Below are positions 1 to 17,301 of a stretch of 64,000 nt of DNA, one piece after another. Position 1 is the first letter of the stretch. Each line of letters starts with the position of its first letter. The stretch comes from the human T2T-CHM13v2.0 reference genome, Homo sapiens: NCBI RefSeq assembly GCF_009914755.1, contig NC_060936.1; one strand, 5' to 3'. A program made the translations under genes and the position numbers. Under the pieces are notes generated by a model. The model saw only the letters and a program-made list of their open reading frames with translations. It did not search any database and was not told the origin of the DNA.

Positions 1-126
1 TTAATAAGTTCACAACTCATTTAAAGTACTTATTAACAATAGAAAGAAAACAGAAATTACTGTAAGTACACAGGATTTTTAAACATAGGAATGACCCAAT
101 CCATTTATTCTGCAGCGGTGGGCTAG

Positions 127-461
<335 letters not shown>

Positions 462-668
462 AGCGCTCTGCACTCTTTTACTGGAAAGTGGGAGGAGGGC
501 TGAGACTTCTGAATTGTAATTTTTAAATCTACCTCCTGTTAGTCAACAAGCATTTACTTAATACCAATTAAAATCGTATGTGGTTTTAAAACTATACCAA
601 TTCTAGTAATATATATATGTTGTAAGAGACAGTGAAGAATTTTTACCGAGTAGGAATATGGTTGTTGA

Positions 669-803
<135 letters not shown>

Positions 804-819
804 TAACTTTTGGTATTGA

Positions 820-1005
<186 letters not shown>

Positions 1006-1074
1006 TAATTTTAAACTATACCAGATTTCAAATAAAAGAATTTAGGTTAGCATTTTTTTGAGTAATAATTTTAG

Positions 1075-1344
<270 letters not shown>

Positions 1345-3350
1345 AAAGATTTTCTTCCATTTCTAAGACTGTTATTTACAATAGGAAAATTCCTGTTTGG
1401 CTTTTTGTCTTCCTTTTTAAATGCTTTTTGTATGTAATATTTTTATTGATGAATACATCTCTGAACGTTCCAGAAGTCTTAAGGTTCCAAAGGGATTTAG
1501 CAGTGAGGCAGCAATGCTGAGTAGGTAGGATAATTATTTCATTCAGTTTTTGGAGCTCAGTTAAGCCAATACATTTAAAGTTTTGCATGAGGAACACTGA
1601 CTTTATTAAGCATTTTCAGATGTGGTGGTTGTATTTTTGCCCCAAGAAGTGTTTGGATAACCACACAAAAGCATGATGAAAAGGCTTCTTGTAGTCCCAT
1701 AATTTCTTGTGAACTAATGTTGTGAATTTTTGTATACAGTCACCTGCATAGTTCCTACAGGCTAATGTGGTAAAACTGTTGATTTCCCAATTTAACCTTA
1801 GGTTTCTGTTGCTTATAAGCGATTCATTTGCTACGGCTGGAATATGGGAAAATTAATTTGGGCTTAGTGGTTACAAATATGTGTAAGTGGATGTATATGT
1901 ACTTAAACTGGCTTTGTATATATGTATAAATGCTGGTGGTGGTGAAAGTAGTCTTGTTTTATGAGGATGTCTGCATTAAAGCAGTAAAATAAGCTTTCCA
2001 TTTTATTCATAATCTAATGTGTGTGTATATATGTATGTGTGTATGTGTGTGTATATATAGATGTATATATATACACACACAGAGATATATACATATGGCT
2101 GTACTTTTGCATAGATCAAACAGCCAAACACCTGGAAGTATTAGATACAAGTTTAAAATATCTTTTATAGGTTTTATATAAAAATGTCTGAGTATGATTT
2201 TGTGTGAAAGTTCTGATACCAGTTGTAATAGAGTCAAATTTATGTGAGCAATAAAGAAGAAATTGGCAGATATTGGAAAAATATTTTGTGAAAAGCTGTA
2301 TTTATTATAAATACTAGGGCCATGACATAGTACCATTGGGGTTAAGTCATTTTCCCAATCTATTTATAATTTAATGATATGTTAGTGCCTCTGTTATATG
2401 TCAAGTTTAAAGCAGGGCACATTGTTGCAGCAAAATGTGTATTTGACAAATTATACTTGCAATTTTGGGTCATGAAAGTTTGCAATATAGTAAATGCACG
2501 ATTGACTGTTGCTTTGTGCCTCAGTATTTAATTTGTTTCAGTAAACTTACTTTATTACTGTTTATGATTTCAGATAAAAATAGTTGCTGAGTAAATTTTA
2601 CTTGTAATCTACAATTGGCTTTTTAAAAATAACCTGTTGATATATAATTGTCAGTCCAAATGAATATGTGAAACAGCTGGAATTGTACAAATTTTGGTTG
2701 TATTTAAAGCTCAGTTTCCTTTTTGTTTTATTGTATGCGTTGGGTTTGCAGCATGAACTTGCACAGATAATGCACGTTTTCTGGTTAAGTAAACATGATG
2801 CACACTATTCTGTAACAGAAAGCCCTATTGTGCCTTACCTGTGTGCTTTTGTGGGCACCTTGTTTATGAAGAATAAAAAATGATTTGTTATCTGAAGAGA
2901 ATAAATTTTAAATTCTCAGTTTATGTCTCAGATGCTAACGTGTGAAAATATAAATATATATAATATATAAAGTAACCAGTCTTCCTGTATTTTATGTGCA
3001 TCATAGTGATTTATCTGAGCTTAGTGACCCCCATCTTGTAACCTGTTGCAAGAGTGAATGTAAAAAATAGTTGTGGCATTTTAAAAGGTCGCCTTTGATG
3101 CAGATGCATCTTTTTCTTGCTTCTAAAACATATTTCATGTAAACATTGTACATTTATTATTGTAATATATACTATTATGCAGCTTATTTTACCTGAAACT
3201 GTTAAGCCGACCAAGATCCCTCCTTGCAAGACAGATGGGAATGTGTATAATAACTAGGTATTTGAGAAGTTCTGAAGTTTGATGTAATCTGTTACTTGTC
3301 CTGTTAAAAAAAGGAAAAAATTCTAATTAAAAATTTATTAGTTTTTTTTT
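1345..3350 (+). other. LEMD3: LEMD3 3' UTR (~2 kb; end approximate)
   Basis: AU-rich sequence after the stop with no recognisable interspersed repeat. Poly(A) hexamers at 2250, 2872, 2900 (AATAAA) and 1975, 3326 (ATTAAA). Confidence 0.75.
2018..2096. repeat. Mixed (TG)/(TA)/(CA) microsatellite in LEMD3 3' UTR
   Basis: Alternating purine-pyrimidine runs seen directly. Confidence 0.85.
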
Positions 3351-3367
3351 ATGTGTCTTGGCTTTTT
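3326..3367 (+). terminator. LEMD3: Candidate distal LEMD3 polyadenylation signal with downstream U/GU-rich element
   Basis: ATTAAA 3326-3331 followed by GTTTTTTTTTATGTGTCTTGGCTTTTT. Confidence 0.6.
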
Positions 3368-4932
3368 AAAAACATTTTAAGTGCCCTGTGTCTGTATTTA
3401 TTTTTTTACCAGTGAAAATAGGTGTCTTTAGTTTAAATGTTTGACAGCCTGAATATTTGTGCTTATAAAGATGAATGAAGACCATAAAGTTAATTTTAAC
3501 TATCCTTCCCCTCAGCATTTTATTTTTCCTTATGAAAATGTCTTCATCCAACTTTCAAGTATTTGAACCAAAATGGGGCAAGAATGTCAATCAGCTACAT
3601 CACAAAGCATTAGTTCTGCTAGATACTTTTTCACAGCAAGACTTTCTTAAAAAGGAAGCATTTCTTTTTCTTTTAACATTCTGACTTGAATTCTATTGCA
3701 TTATAAACTATTAACAGTTCATAGGCTAGTTACTTTACATAGCATTGGTTTAGACTTTTTGATATGTTAAGTAAAAAGAAGACTAGTCAGTCATGTGGTA
3801 CACTTATTGATTACTAACAAATGCCAAGTACTGTTATGTGTTAGGGATACAAAGATGAAAAACACATGACCGAATCCTCAAGATGGTCACAGTCTAGAGG
3901 AAGAACACAGAGCAGATAAAAGATAATGTGGAAAGTACAGTGAGAGCAAAACAGGCAGAGGAACTCTGGGAGTAAAGAAAGGCACCTTATGCATCTTAAT
4001 ATAGAGAGAAGACCTCAGGGCAGGTGAGGCAACAGCTGAGCCCTATTTTAATTCAGTTGAACACTTACTACCTCTTAATTAGTATAGATACAATGATAAA
4101 ATTTCCCTTTCCCTTGAGCTCTCAGGAGAGCTTCTATTACTGTGATGAGCTCATGAAAATGAATGTGTGTGATCTGTGTAATTACAAAATGAATACTCAT
4201 TGGTATGTAGATTCATGAATATCTTGTGAATATTGAAGGCTGATGTTGGGTTTTGTTATATTTTCCTTGTATTCACAGTTTGAATGGCAAGTTACGATTT
4301 CCAAGTGAACTGTGGTTTGATGTGTCATGTGCCCAGAACATTTCCCTTAATAAGATTTACCTTGCAGTTCTTCCTCCCTGCTCCTGTTGACATCACATTA
4401 TTGTAAGTCCCCTACATGGCTTTTTTGCCTTTTTTTTTTTTTTCCTAGACTTACCTTGTCAAGTCACTTTTTCCAGATGACTCACACAGGGTGCTAAATC
4501 AATCAGAATTTTGGCAATCACTCTTTTAGGAAGGATGCTGAAGAACAGATACTTAAGAACTGAGATGATTAGGAACCAGAGGTTGTGCTGAATGTCCAGA
4601 ATGCTCTTGACCTTTAAGAATAAACTGAGTGTCCAGAATGCTCTTGACCTTTAAATCCCATTGGTTAAACGTTATGGCTAGAAATGCATTCTCATGGTGG
4701 TTTTCTATGCCTGAGAACCTCTACTAGGGAAACCAAGATATATGCATTTTATTGATTCTTAGAGTTTAAAACCAGTAGAGCCTGTGTAACTCAGATTTAC
4801 TTTTTCTTTCATGCGTAGACATTGGAGACCTGAGAATGCTCCTGAAACTGGAAAGAGGGCAATATAGGTATAGAGAGCACATGAACAAAGATTGATGAGA
4901 AACAACCCAGTTTATGCATAAACTAAAAGCAG

Positions 4933-5440
4933 AACTGGGTGTGGTGGCTCACGCGTGTAATCCCAACTAGTTTAGTTAAGAGGCTGAGATGGGAGGATCG
5001 CTTGAGGCCTGGAGTTTAAGACCAGCCTTGGGCAACATTTAGACCCATCTCTAAATGAGAAAAAGAGGTAGCTGGGCGAGGTGGCACACACTTGTCCCCA
5101 TCTACTTGGGAGGCTGAGGTGGGAGGATTGCTTGAGCCCACAAGTTCAATGCTGCAGTAAGCTATGATCATGCCACTGAGCTCCAGCTTGAGTGACAGAA
5201 TGAGACTCCATATCTAAATAAAAAATCAGTTGGCCAACATGGCGAAACCCCGTCTCTACTAAAAATACAAAAAAAATTAGCCAGGCATGGTGGCATGCAC
5301 CTGTAGTCCCAGCTACTCAGGAGGTTCAGGCATGAGAATTGCTTGAATGTGGGAGGTGGAGGTTGCAGTGGGCCAAGATTGCACTACTTCACTCCAGCCT
5401 TGGTGAGCAAGACTCTGTCTCGAAACAAAAAAACAACAAA
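4933..5440 (+). mobile_element. AluJ-like element followed by a 5'-truncated Alu
   Basis: Alu dimer ~4933-5225, then a second Alu starting mid left arm (~5231) with an A-rich tail to ~5440. Confidence 0.9.
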
Positions 5441-6133
5441 CCATAAGCAGTTTCTTATGACTGAATAAGGACATCAATAGATAAGAAAGGTAGGCAATGG
5501 TCACATCTTTGTAGGTCACATGAAGATTGGATGTTGGCTATTAAAGGGAGTTTAGGTGAGAAATGGATGATAAGGATTTGTTGGCATGAAAAATAGAGAA
5601 AAGATTTGAAGAATAAGATAAAATGGGAAAGATTTGATTAATTATTGACAGAGAAACTGATATCTAATTATTTAGCATGGGAAATCTAAAATCCCAACAT
5701 TTGGGGAATAGATGGTAAGGAACAGATTGGATAGGAAAAATGATAAATTGGGGTTTTGGCTATGTTAAGTTTGACATGCCTACAAAACATTTAGGTGGAT
5801 GTTTCTAGCAAGTGAAGGGGGATCTACATTTCTGAGATATTTTGAGAACTGTCTGAGGGAGGTACAATTTGGGAGTTAGAACCATGACTGTGGGTTAGAT
5901 GACCCAGAGAGTCCAAATGGTTAATCCCATTTCTGCCTTACTTACCTGTGTGGCCCTTAGATGGGGATTGAGGATGGGGTGAAGTAGAAAGGAAAATTTG
6001 AACTAAATTAAGAAGGTAGAATTTGAGAAGGTCTTTGAATGAAGTGAAGTTAAAGTGTAATCTAATATGACTATCACATTTCTGGTTTGGGTAGCTGGTT
6101 GGCTGGTGATGACATTCCCCAAATTATAGATTA

Positions 6134-6434
6134 CAATTGTTCCATGGTATCTGCAGGGGATTGGTTCCAGGACCCCTATGGACACTAAAATCCACAGATG
6201 CTCAAATCCCATATATATAAAATGGCATAGTATTTGCATTGCATACAGTCTACTCATACCCTTCCATATACTGTAAATCATCTCTAGATTATTTTTATTA
6301 CCTAATACCATGTTATTGCCATCTAAATAGTTGTTATACTGTGTTTTTATTATTTTAAATTTTTTTTGAATATTTTCTATCTGCAGTTTGTTTAATCCAC
6401 AGATTTAGAGCTTGTGGATACACAGGGCTGACTG
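6134..6434. mobile_element. MER2-like TcMar-Tigger MITE
   Basis: GGTATCTGCAGGGGATTGGTTCCAGGACCCC...GTGGATACACAGGGCTGACTG resembles the MER2 consensus and its inverted termini. Confidence 0.8.
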
Positions 6435-7104
6435 CACTAGAGGAGGGGAGCAAGAAGCCAGTTACGGTGCTAGATAAGATGTCCTATAATTGACAAAATA
6501 AAGCAAAATAATCTTTCTGACTTCTCTTTGTCTATTGCAGAACATTGTTGGAGGAAGGGCAAGAGGGGGCTGTCTTTGAGGATCTCTCCTCTCCACAAAA
6601 CAGAATTAACTTATAAAATGTTCTGCCATTGTCTGTGATTCTTTGATATTGATTAGAAATTCTCCTAGTTTGTAGAAAACTGAGATTTTGTATAGATCTA
6701 GAAACCTGCGGCTGTCAAAAGAAGGAATACATGCTAAAGTTGACTTTTGTCAACTTTTGAACTCTTCTTAAATGGTTTGTTTTACACTCAAAACTAGAAA
6801 CTTGTTTTAGGCTTTATGTTAGACAGCCTGTGTAACTGTAGTCAAGTCATTTGGCCTGAAAGGCTTTTTCTTTTTCTTTTCCTTTTTTTTTTTTTTTTTT
6901 TTTTGGTGACTTCATTTTGTTGAAGTGATTTAAAAATACAACTTTTAAAGGGCAGTCCTATTTTTGTAGTTCCAAATGTTGCAATACTTTTTACAAAAAC
7001 AAACAAAAAAGTTACTAATGTGGAATTTTAAAATTTCAGTGACTATTTTCTACTAAATAATAGTGAAATTCAAGTTGGATTTCAAGGCCTGCCTTTATCT
7101 AGAC

Positions 7105-7590
7105 AGGTGCTGTTTCAGAGAAATATGTCAGTTGTGTAATTAATAGTTAGAATTCTAATGGCCACACTAAAAAAAGTATAAAATGGGTAAAATTATTTTT
7201 TGGATGTTTAACCTTACATATTCAGATTATCTGAACCTGTCAGAAAAATGTTATTTTACATACTTCAAAATCTGGAGTATATATTATAGCTAAGGTGACC
7301 CTGGGATATATGACTTAAGTGCTAAAAGCTATACAGTGGGCACCTTATTTACAGCCTATCTTAATCAGATTTGACATTTTAATTGGAAATACTTGATCTA
7401 TATTGAGATATAAAACCTACAGTTGAAACAGTAGATTCACATACCCAAGTTCTTCCCAAATACTTAAAAGTTTTAAAATTTAAATTCAAATTTAAATTAA
7501 TTAGAATTAATCAAAACTTCAGTCCTTCAGTTGTACTACCCACATGTAGCCAATAGCCACATATAGACAGTGGCTACCATGAGTACAAGT
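7105..7590. mobile_element. MER3/MER33-like hAT-Charlie remnant
   Basis: Motifs GGCCACACTAAAAAAAGTA, GTAGATTCACATACCCAAGTT, AATAGCCACAT...GTGGCTACC. Confidence 0.6.
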
Positions 7591-7649
7591 CTAAACCAAC
7601 CTGTACCTTTCTAGCCAAATCCCAGTCCTCACCCATCTACCTGTGCTCC

Positions 7650-8113
7650 AGCTGAACTGAACTGCTTGCCTGTCTTCTATATACCTAACTTTTACTTGAT
7701 TCTGCTTTTACTGATAACTCTCCTATTATGCCTCCTTCACTTAACCTTCTCCAGCCACACTGGTCGTCTATTTCTCCTGTATACTTCCTACCTATAGGGC
7801 CTTCACACTTGCTGATCTCTGCCTGTAACATTATTTCCCTGGGACCAGATCTTTGAATGACCTGCTTCTCCTTATTCAGGTTTCAGCTCACATCTCTTCA
7901 CAGAGATCTTCTCTGGCCTTTCTCTTTTAAATTGCTGTTTTATTTTCTTATTAATATCTGAAAGTATCTTACATATTTATTGCCTATATCCCTTGCTACA
8001 ATATCAATCCCCATAAGAATAGGGAGTCTTATTTTTGTGTTGTTTACTTGATTTTTAGGTCCCCAAATAGTGTCTGGCTTAAATTAGGTGCTCAGTATAT
8101 ATTTTTTGAATCA
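7650..8113 (+). mobile_element. L2 3' end fragment
   Basis: Ends in GTGTCTGGC...TAGGTGCTCAGTATATATTTTTTGAAT, typical of an L2 3' terminus. Confidence 0.65.
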
Positions 8114-8199
8114 ACCCATACACTTTATTCTGTTACTCTGCATCTAAAATTAAATTTGTGTTTTGATTCTAGGGAGTTCAATATAACTTTCAGGGACCG

Positions 8200-10050
8200 A
8201 ATTTCTTCTTAAGTAGTGCTTTAGCAGAATCCCACAGATTTTAATGTGTTGTATTTTCATTTGCATTCAGTCCAGAATACATTCTAATTTCCCTTTTGAG
8301 TTCTTTGCCCCCTGAGTTATTTAGGAATGTGTTATTTAGTTTCCTGATACTTGAGGATTTTCCAGGTAACTTTACTTACACTTTTGATTTCTAATTTTAT
8401 TCCTTTAGCATCCATTGAATGATTTGAATCCTTTTAAGGTTGAGACTTACTTTATGGTCCACAACACAAACTTTCCGTAAAAATTCTATGTGTACTTGAA
8501 AAGAGTGTTTTCTGCTGTTATTTGGTGGGCTGTTTTATAAATGTAAACTTGATGAAGTTGTTTGATAGTATTATTCAAGTCTTCTGTATTCTTACTAATT
8601 TTCCATCTACCTGGTAATTATTGAGAAGGGTTATTGAAATCTCTAACTATAATTGGGGATTTGCCTATCTCTTGCAGTTCTGACAGGTTTTGCTTCATGT
8701 ATTTTAAAGCTCTGTTATTACATATATAAATAATTAGGGTTATTATATTCTCTGTGTTTTGACTCCTTTATTATCATGGAAGTGATCTTTATCCCTGATA
8801 ATATTCTTTGCTCTGAAATCTACTTTGATATTAAGATAGCCACTCTAGCTTTCTTTTGATAAGTGATAGAAGGGTACATCTTTTTTTCATTTATTTTTAA
8901 CTTATTCATATCTTCATATTTAAACTATGTTTCTTGTAGGCAGTATTTAATTAGATCTTTTTAAAAGATCTGGTCTGATCACTCAATCTCTACCTTTTAA
9001 TTGGGGTATATACGACATTTACATTTAACATTTAATGTGATTATTCATTTGGTTAAGTTTAAGTCTCATTTTGCTGTTTATTTTTTATTTGTCTCATCTG
9101 TTGTTTCCTTTTCCTTTTTTCCTGACTCTTTTGGACCAAGTATTTTTATGGTTTCATCTTATCTCCTTTGTGGCTCTTTGTTTTGATTTTAATGGTTTCA
9201 TTAGGGTTTATAATATACATCTCTAACTTGTCACAACCTACCTTTAAATGATATTTTACCACTTCATGTATAATATAAGAACCTTTACAGTAATATACTT
9301 AACATTTTTCCCTTCCTAATCTTGTTTCATCGATATCATTATATATATAGTTCACAACACATTGTTTAATTTTGGTTTATACAATTATCTTTTCAAAAGA
9401 TTTCAACAATGAGAAAAATATTATTATATTTACTAATTTAGTTACTATTTTCAGTGCTCTTCATTCCTTTGTGTAGGATCATACTCCACCTGGTAGCATT
9501 TTCCATAAGCCTAAGGAACTTAACTTTTCTTGTAGAGAAGGTATGCTGGAGATGAATTCTTTCAGCTGTTGAAAACAGGCACTATTCCTGGAACGTAACC
9601 TTTAGTCACTCTTACCTCTAGTCCTTTCTATTGGTTCTTTCAATTGGTAGTTTCTTCACACATGTATTGATCAGCACCTTGTAGCAAACTTGAGAGGAAC
9701 CCTCCATAGATCTCTAGAATTTTCTCTGCTGCTTTGTCATCTCTGGTATTCTGTCCTGTGAACTCTAGCTACCTTGGTCTTCCCAGACTCTTGACTCTGT
9801 TTCCTCAACTCAGGGAGCCATTGGTGTCTACCTGGCATTTTTCCTTGCTGCTTCGTAGCTTGGAAACTCTCAAGGTACTATGCTGGGACAACCATCGGTC
9901 TCACCTTGTCTGCTTCCTGTTTCTCAAGGATCACTGTCCTTTGTCTTATGTCCTGTGTCTTAAAAACCACTGTTTCATATATTTTATCCAGTTTTTTTTC
10001 CAGACAAGAGGGTAAGTCCCTGTTACTTCATCTTGGCATAAAGTAGAAGT
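8200..10050 (-). mobile_element. Old L1M fragments (antisense)
   Basis: T-rich degraded antisense L1 motifs (e.g. AAATCTCTAACTATAATTG, GATAGCCACTCTAGCTTTC). Confidence 0.7.
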
Positions 10051-10153
10051 CTACAATCATTTTGGAAAAGGATAGAACCTTGTTTTCTTCATATTAACAT
10101 ATTTACTAACTGACTCTCTACACCTATGGGATAACATAAATTAAAGAGGAAGA

Positions 10154-10440
10154 GCTCACACCTGTAATCCCAGCTACTTGGAAGGCTGAGGCCGGAGGAC
10201 TGCTTGAGCCCAGGAGTTCACTACCAGCCAAGGCAACATAGCAAGACCCTTTCTCTAAAAATAAAAATAGGGCGAGCATGGTGTCGCATACCTATGGTCC
10301 TAGCTACTCAGGAGGCTAAGGCAGGAGTATCGCTTGAGCTCAGAAGTTCAAGGCTGCAGTGAGCTATGATCACACCACTGCACTCCAGCCTGGGTGACAG
10401 AGCAATACCCTGTCTAGAAAATAAAAAAAAAATTAAAAAA
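10154..10440 (+). mobile_element. AluJ-like
   Basis: Alu dimer with A tail; flanking repeat AAAGAGGAAG. Confidence 0.9.
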
Positions 10441-10826
10441 AGAGGAAGTATCCGTAGTCTTATGAGGGCTTTTAAAAATTATATAAGAATCATTTTGATA
10501 CTTGCAGGGCAAGATTGTGTCTGATTAGCAACTAACAATTAGTGCCTCCCAACATCTTTCTAAAATACGATAGAAAATCGGAAAAAGATGAAAAGTTTTA
10601 ATGCCTGAAACTAAGGCTGATAACCAACCTATTGATTCAAGTAGGGAAGAATTGCCTGCAGGACTTAATATAGAATATGTGGAGCATAAATTAGAATATA
10701 TGTAGTGTGCGTAGACACACACTCTTTATCACTTGAAGAAAATCAGTCCTGATGGTCTAAGAAATCAGGTTTGAGATATCCAGTTCTTCCTAAAATGCCT
10801 TCTCCCTCAAAGATGTGAGTCCAGAC

Positions 10827-11033
10827 CAGTGGTTTGCTAGATCTGGTTTTTGTACCATTTTGTGAGAGATAACTATAAAATTTTAAATAAATTTTTGCCG
10901 GCTAGTTGTTAAACACAAATGTCATTTTGATTTTGCAATTGACCATGTTGGGAGTATTTACACCTTGGGAATCAGACTCAACAAACTAGGGTTCCTTTTT
11001 CTCCTGAGTTGTTAAACACCGTTAAACATTTAC
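10827..11033. mobile_element. MER63-like hAT-Blackjack element, interrupted (remainder at ~12973-12993)
   Basis: CAGTGGTTTGCTAG...GTTGTTAAACAC...AAACATTTAC, continuing as AAACATTTACCAGCA at 12973. Same terminal motif as the intact copy at 30920-31105. Confidence 0.55.
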
Positions 11034-12943
<1,910 letters not shown>

Positions 12944-13399
12944 TATTGTATTATTGAAAATCACTGGGGGGAAAACATTTACCAGCATATCTCTTACTTA
13001 AACAAACTTTAAAAACTGGATAACTATCCTGATGGCAATTTGGAAATTACTTTTAAGATGGTTTCCTCCAGCCTCTCCTCTCATTGCCATTTCTTCTCAT
13101 TCTAATTACTTTGAAAGATGACAATTCTCAAGCCACCAGCAAGTAATAAGCAAGAGGAGCACTGAGACACACTCAGAGAAGAGTAATTCCAGCAATTAAT
13201 AAGATTATAGAGGGAGAAATGCAAGGAGAGTACAAGTGGTGAAATATATTGAGAATGATGGTTTTCATTTTATTGGCTCAGAGTATTAGGGAAAAGACTC
13301 AAGAAAGGAAATTAGCCTAATTTCTTTTCCTCAGGAGGAAGACTAATTTCTGTATGTGAAATTAGTCTCTTTCTGAATGCAAAATTAGTCTTCCTCCTA

Positions 13400-13716
<317 letters not shown>

Positions 13717-14139
13717 AGAGTTGTGGACATTAGCTTGAAATTTCGATACAGATTTGTGGAAAAGATTCTTGCAACACTTGGTTTTTGATCACAAGGTTGG
13801 ATGATAGTTTAAAAAAAACACCTCAGTATGCATATGGGCCCAAAGGTTGATTAAAGGGTGATAATGAAATACAGAGAGATGGTTCTGGGGACGCACTGCT
13901 CCTTCCTACAAGCTGCTCTACAGAGTTAATAAGGGGAGTTAGTTATTAGACTTCCTTACTCCATCATCACTCCATTTTTTTAGTCCCTCCTTCATATTTT
14001 CCATCTCTTTGTCTTTCTGTACTACATGCTGAGAAACTTCTTCACATCCATTTTTGAGTACACTAATTTTATGTTCAGCTGGGTTTAATCAACTCAAAAA
14101 TAGGATTTTAAAAATTTGTTTTTATGAGATATATTAGGT

Positions 14140-15740
14140 GTATTTATCTCAACTTTATTGAGGTATAAGTCACATATCATACAGTTCATCTATTTAAAGT
14201 GTATAATTTAGTAATTTTTAGTGTATTCATAGAGTTGTGTAAACAGCACCACAATCAGTTTTAGAATATTATCATCACCCCAAGAAGAAACTTTACACCT
14301 CTTAACCATCACTCCCAATCCTCTTAACCCTCACATTCCTAGGCAACAACTAATCTTTCTGTGTCCTCATATTTTCCTATTCTGAACATTTCACATAAAT
14401 GTAATCATACAATATGTGGTCCCTTGTGGCCAACTTCTTTCACTTAGAGTAATGTTGTCAGGGTTCATCCATGTTGTAGCATGTATCAGTACTTTATTGC
14501 TTTTTATAGCTGAATAATATGTATAGATATACTATATGTTATTTATGTGTTATTAGTTGATGAACATTTGGGTTATTGCCACTTTTTTGCTTATTATGAA
14601 GAATGGTGGTATGACCATTCATATACTAGTTCTCAAATAGATATAGGTTTTCATTTATCTTGGGTATAAGTAGGAGTGGAAGTGAAGGTTGTGGCAACCC
14701 ACAAGTCATATGGTAACTCAATGATTAACATTTTGAGGAACTGTCAGGCTGTTTTCCAAAGTAGCTGTACCATTTTACATTCTCACAAGCAGTGTATGAA
14801 GGTTCCAGTTTCTTCTCACCCTCTTCAATATTGTTATTATCTTTTTTAAAGCCATCCTAGTGGGTATGAAATGGTATCTTAGTGTTGGTTTGATTTGCAT
14901 TTTCCCTGCTGGATTGTGATGTTGGGCATCTTTTATGTGCATATTGGCATTTATATATCTTCTTTGGAGAAATGCCTATTCAGATCATTTGCCCATTTTT
15001 AATTGGGGTATAGTCTTTATTACTGTGTTGTAAGAGTTCTTTAAATGTTGCAGATCACAAGTCCCTTATCAGATTTCGATGTGCAAATATTTTCTCCTAT
15101 TTGTGGGCTCTTTACTCTCTTGATGATGTCTTTTATAGGACAGATGTTTTAAATTTTGATAAAGTCCAATTTATTTTTTGTTTTTGCTTATGGTTTGAGT
15201 ATTTAAGAAACCATTGCCTAATACAAGGTTATAATGATTTACACCTATGTTTTCTTCTAAAAGTTCTATTGCTTTTCCTTTTACATTTAGGACTTTGATC
15301 CACTTTGAGTTAATTTTTTAACGTTGTGTGAGGTAGTAGTCCAACTTCATTTTTCTGTATGTGGGTATCCATTTGCAACATCCCATGAGATATCCCAGCA
15401 CTGAGCTATCTGTTGAAAAGACTGTTCCTTACCCAATTGAATTGTCTTGTCACCCTTGTCAAAAATCTACTGATTGTAAATGTGAAGGTTTATTTTTGGA
15501 ATCTCAATTATATTTTATTGATTTATATGTCCATCCTTATGCTAATACCACACTGTCTTGATTACTGTAGCTTTCTAGCAAGTTTTTAAATCAAGAAGTG
15601 TGAGTCCTTCAACTTTGTTTTTCTTTGTCAAGATCATGTTGACTATTCTGGATCCTTCCATTTCCTAATAATTTTGGTGGGATATGCTTCAATTATTGCA
15701 AAAAAGCCAGGTGGCATTTTGACAAATTATTTGAAAGCAT
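14140..15740 (-). mobile_element. L1MB-like 3' region (antisense)
   Basis: Starts with AACTTTATTGAGGTATAA...TTTAAAGTGTATAATT (antisense L1M 3' end) and continues into antisense ORF2. Confidence 0.85.
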
Positions 15741-15840
15741 GAAATGATAATTTTCACTTTATGTTTGATTTCTGCTCTATAATCAAAGAATCATTTTGCA
15801 AAATATCCCAGGCTTCATTTTTAAAAGGGTCTGTCTCTGA

Positions 15841-16187
<347 letters not shown>

Positions 16188-17301
16188 TTCCTTGTCATTG
16201 TTTTTTATCCTTTCCAACTTTTTTTTTAATTGCTAACTGGACAGACCCTGACACATTTCTGGTAATGCTTGTGATTTGAGCAGTTTTCTGTCATTTTTAT
16301 TGACTTTGTGAAATCCTCCAATTTTGAGAAGTTTGCTAGTTCGCTTTGTAGTGGAGTTTCATTGAACTTATATTGTGTTTTTAATGACAATCTGCAAGAC
16401 ACTGACACAGACATTAACATAATGGGCAGAAATAGATGGTACTGTCAAGCAGAGAAGGATATTCAAGGAGGTACTGACTTTTTAAAGAGCACTTTTGTAA
16501 GAGAATATTTTATGTTGTAATTCCACAAATAACCATATAACCTCCACATGAGGTTATATAGTTGATAAACACTTGAATTATGAAGATACTCTAGTATGTA
16601 AGAATTTAGTATATGATAAAGGTGGCTTTTAAAATTAGTGAGAAAAGTGAATCATTCAATAAAAGTGAAAAAAAATTAAGAGGAAAGTTAGAGCCCTAAT
16701 GTTACTAGTGCCAGGGCCTATGGCTTCGGCAACTGTGTTTCCTTAGAAGAGGCACAGGCTCTTTGGCTTGTAATAACTTAGAAGATCTTAATGAATTGAA
16801 ACTTCCACATGGACAGTCACTCAATTTCCTCATACAAACTTGACTGACAGAGGATATCCTTCACAAAGATTTCCTATGTCCCAATAATATAACAAACGTT
16901 TAGTTGTGTTCTTGAAATTCAGGCTCTTCTCCTTACCAGGCTTCTGTCCTTACAGGACAAAAGGACAAAAGGACGATGGTTTCCTGATGCTTATTTTATT
17001 CAGGATTCTCATTTTGTTTGACAATCACCATTGGGCTCTTCTACACCGCTACCAGCATTTGATTAACAGAACCCTAGTAACATATCAGTGAAACAGGGAT
17101 CCTATTAGAGGAACATGTAAGTAGCAGAACTATTCTGGAACACAGCTTCCCAACTGATGTGCCATGAATGCGTTAGATTTGCCCAAATATTAGCTTTAGA
17201 GTGGTGGCAGAACTTGGGATAGTGGAGCTCAAGGCCTAGTTGCCTCCAGCAGGTTGTAAGCAGCTTCCTTTATTGAACCAATGCACGGTACAATTATTAT
17301 C

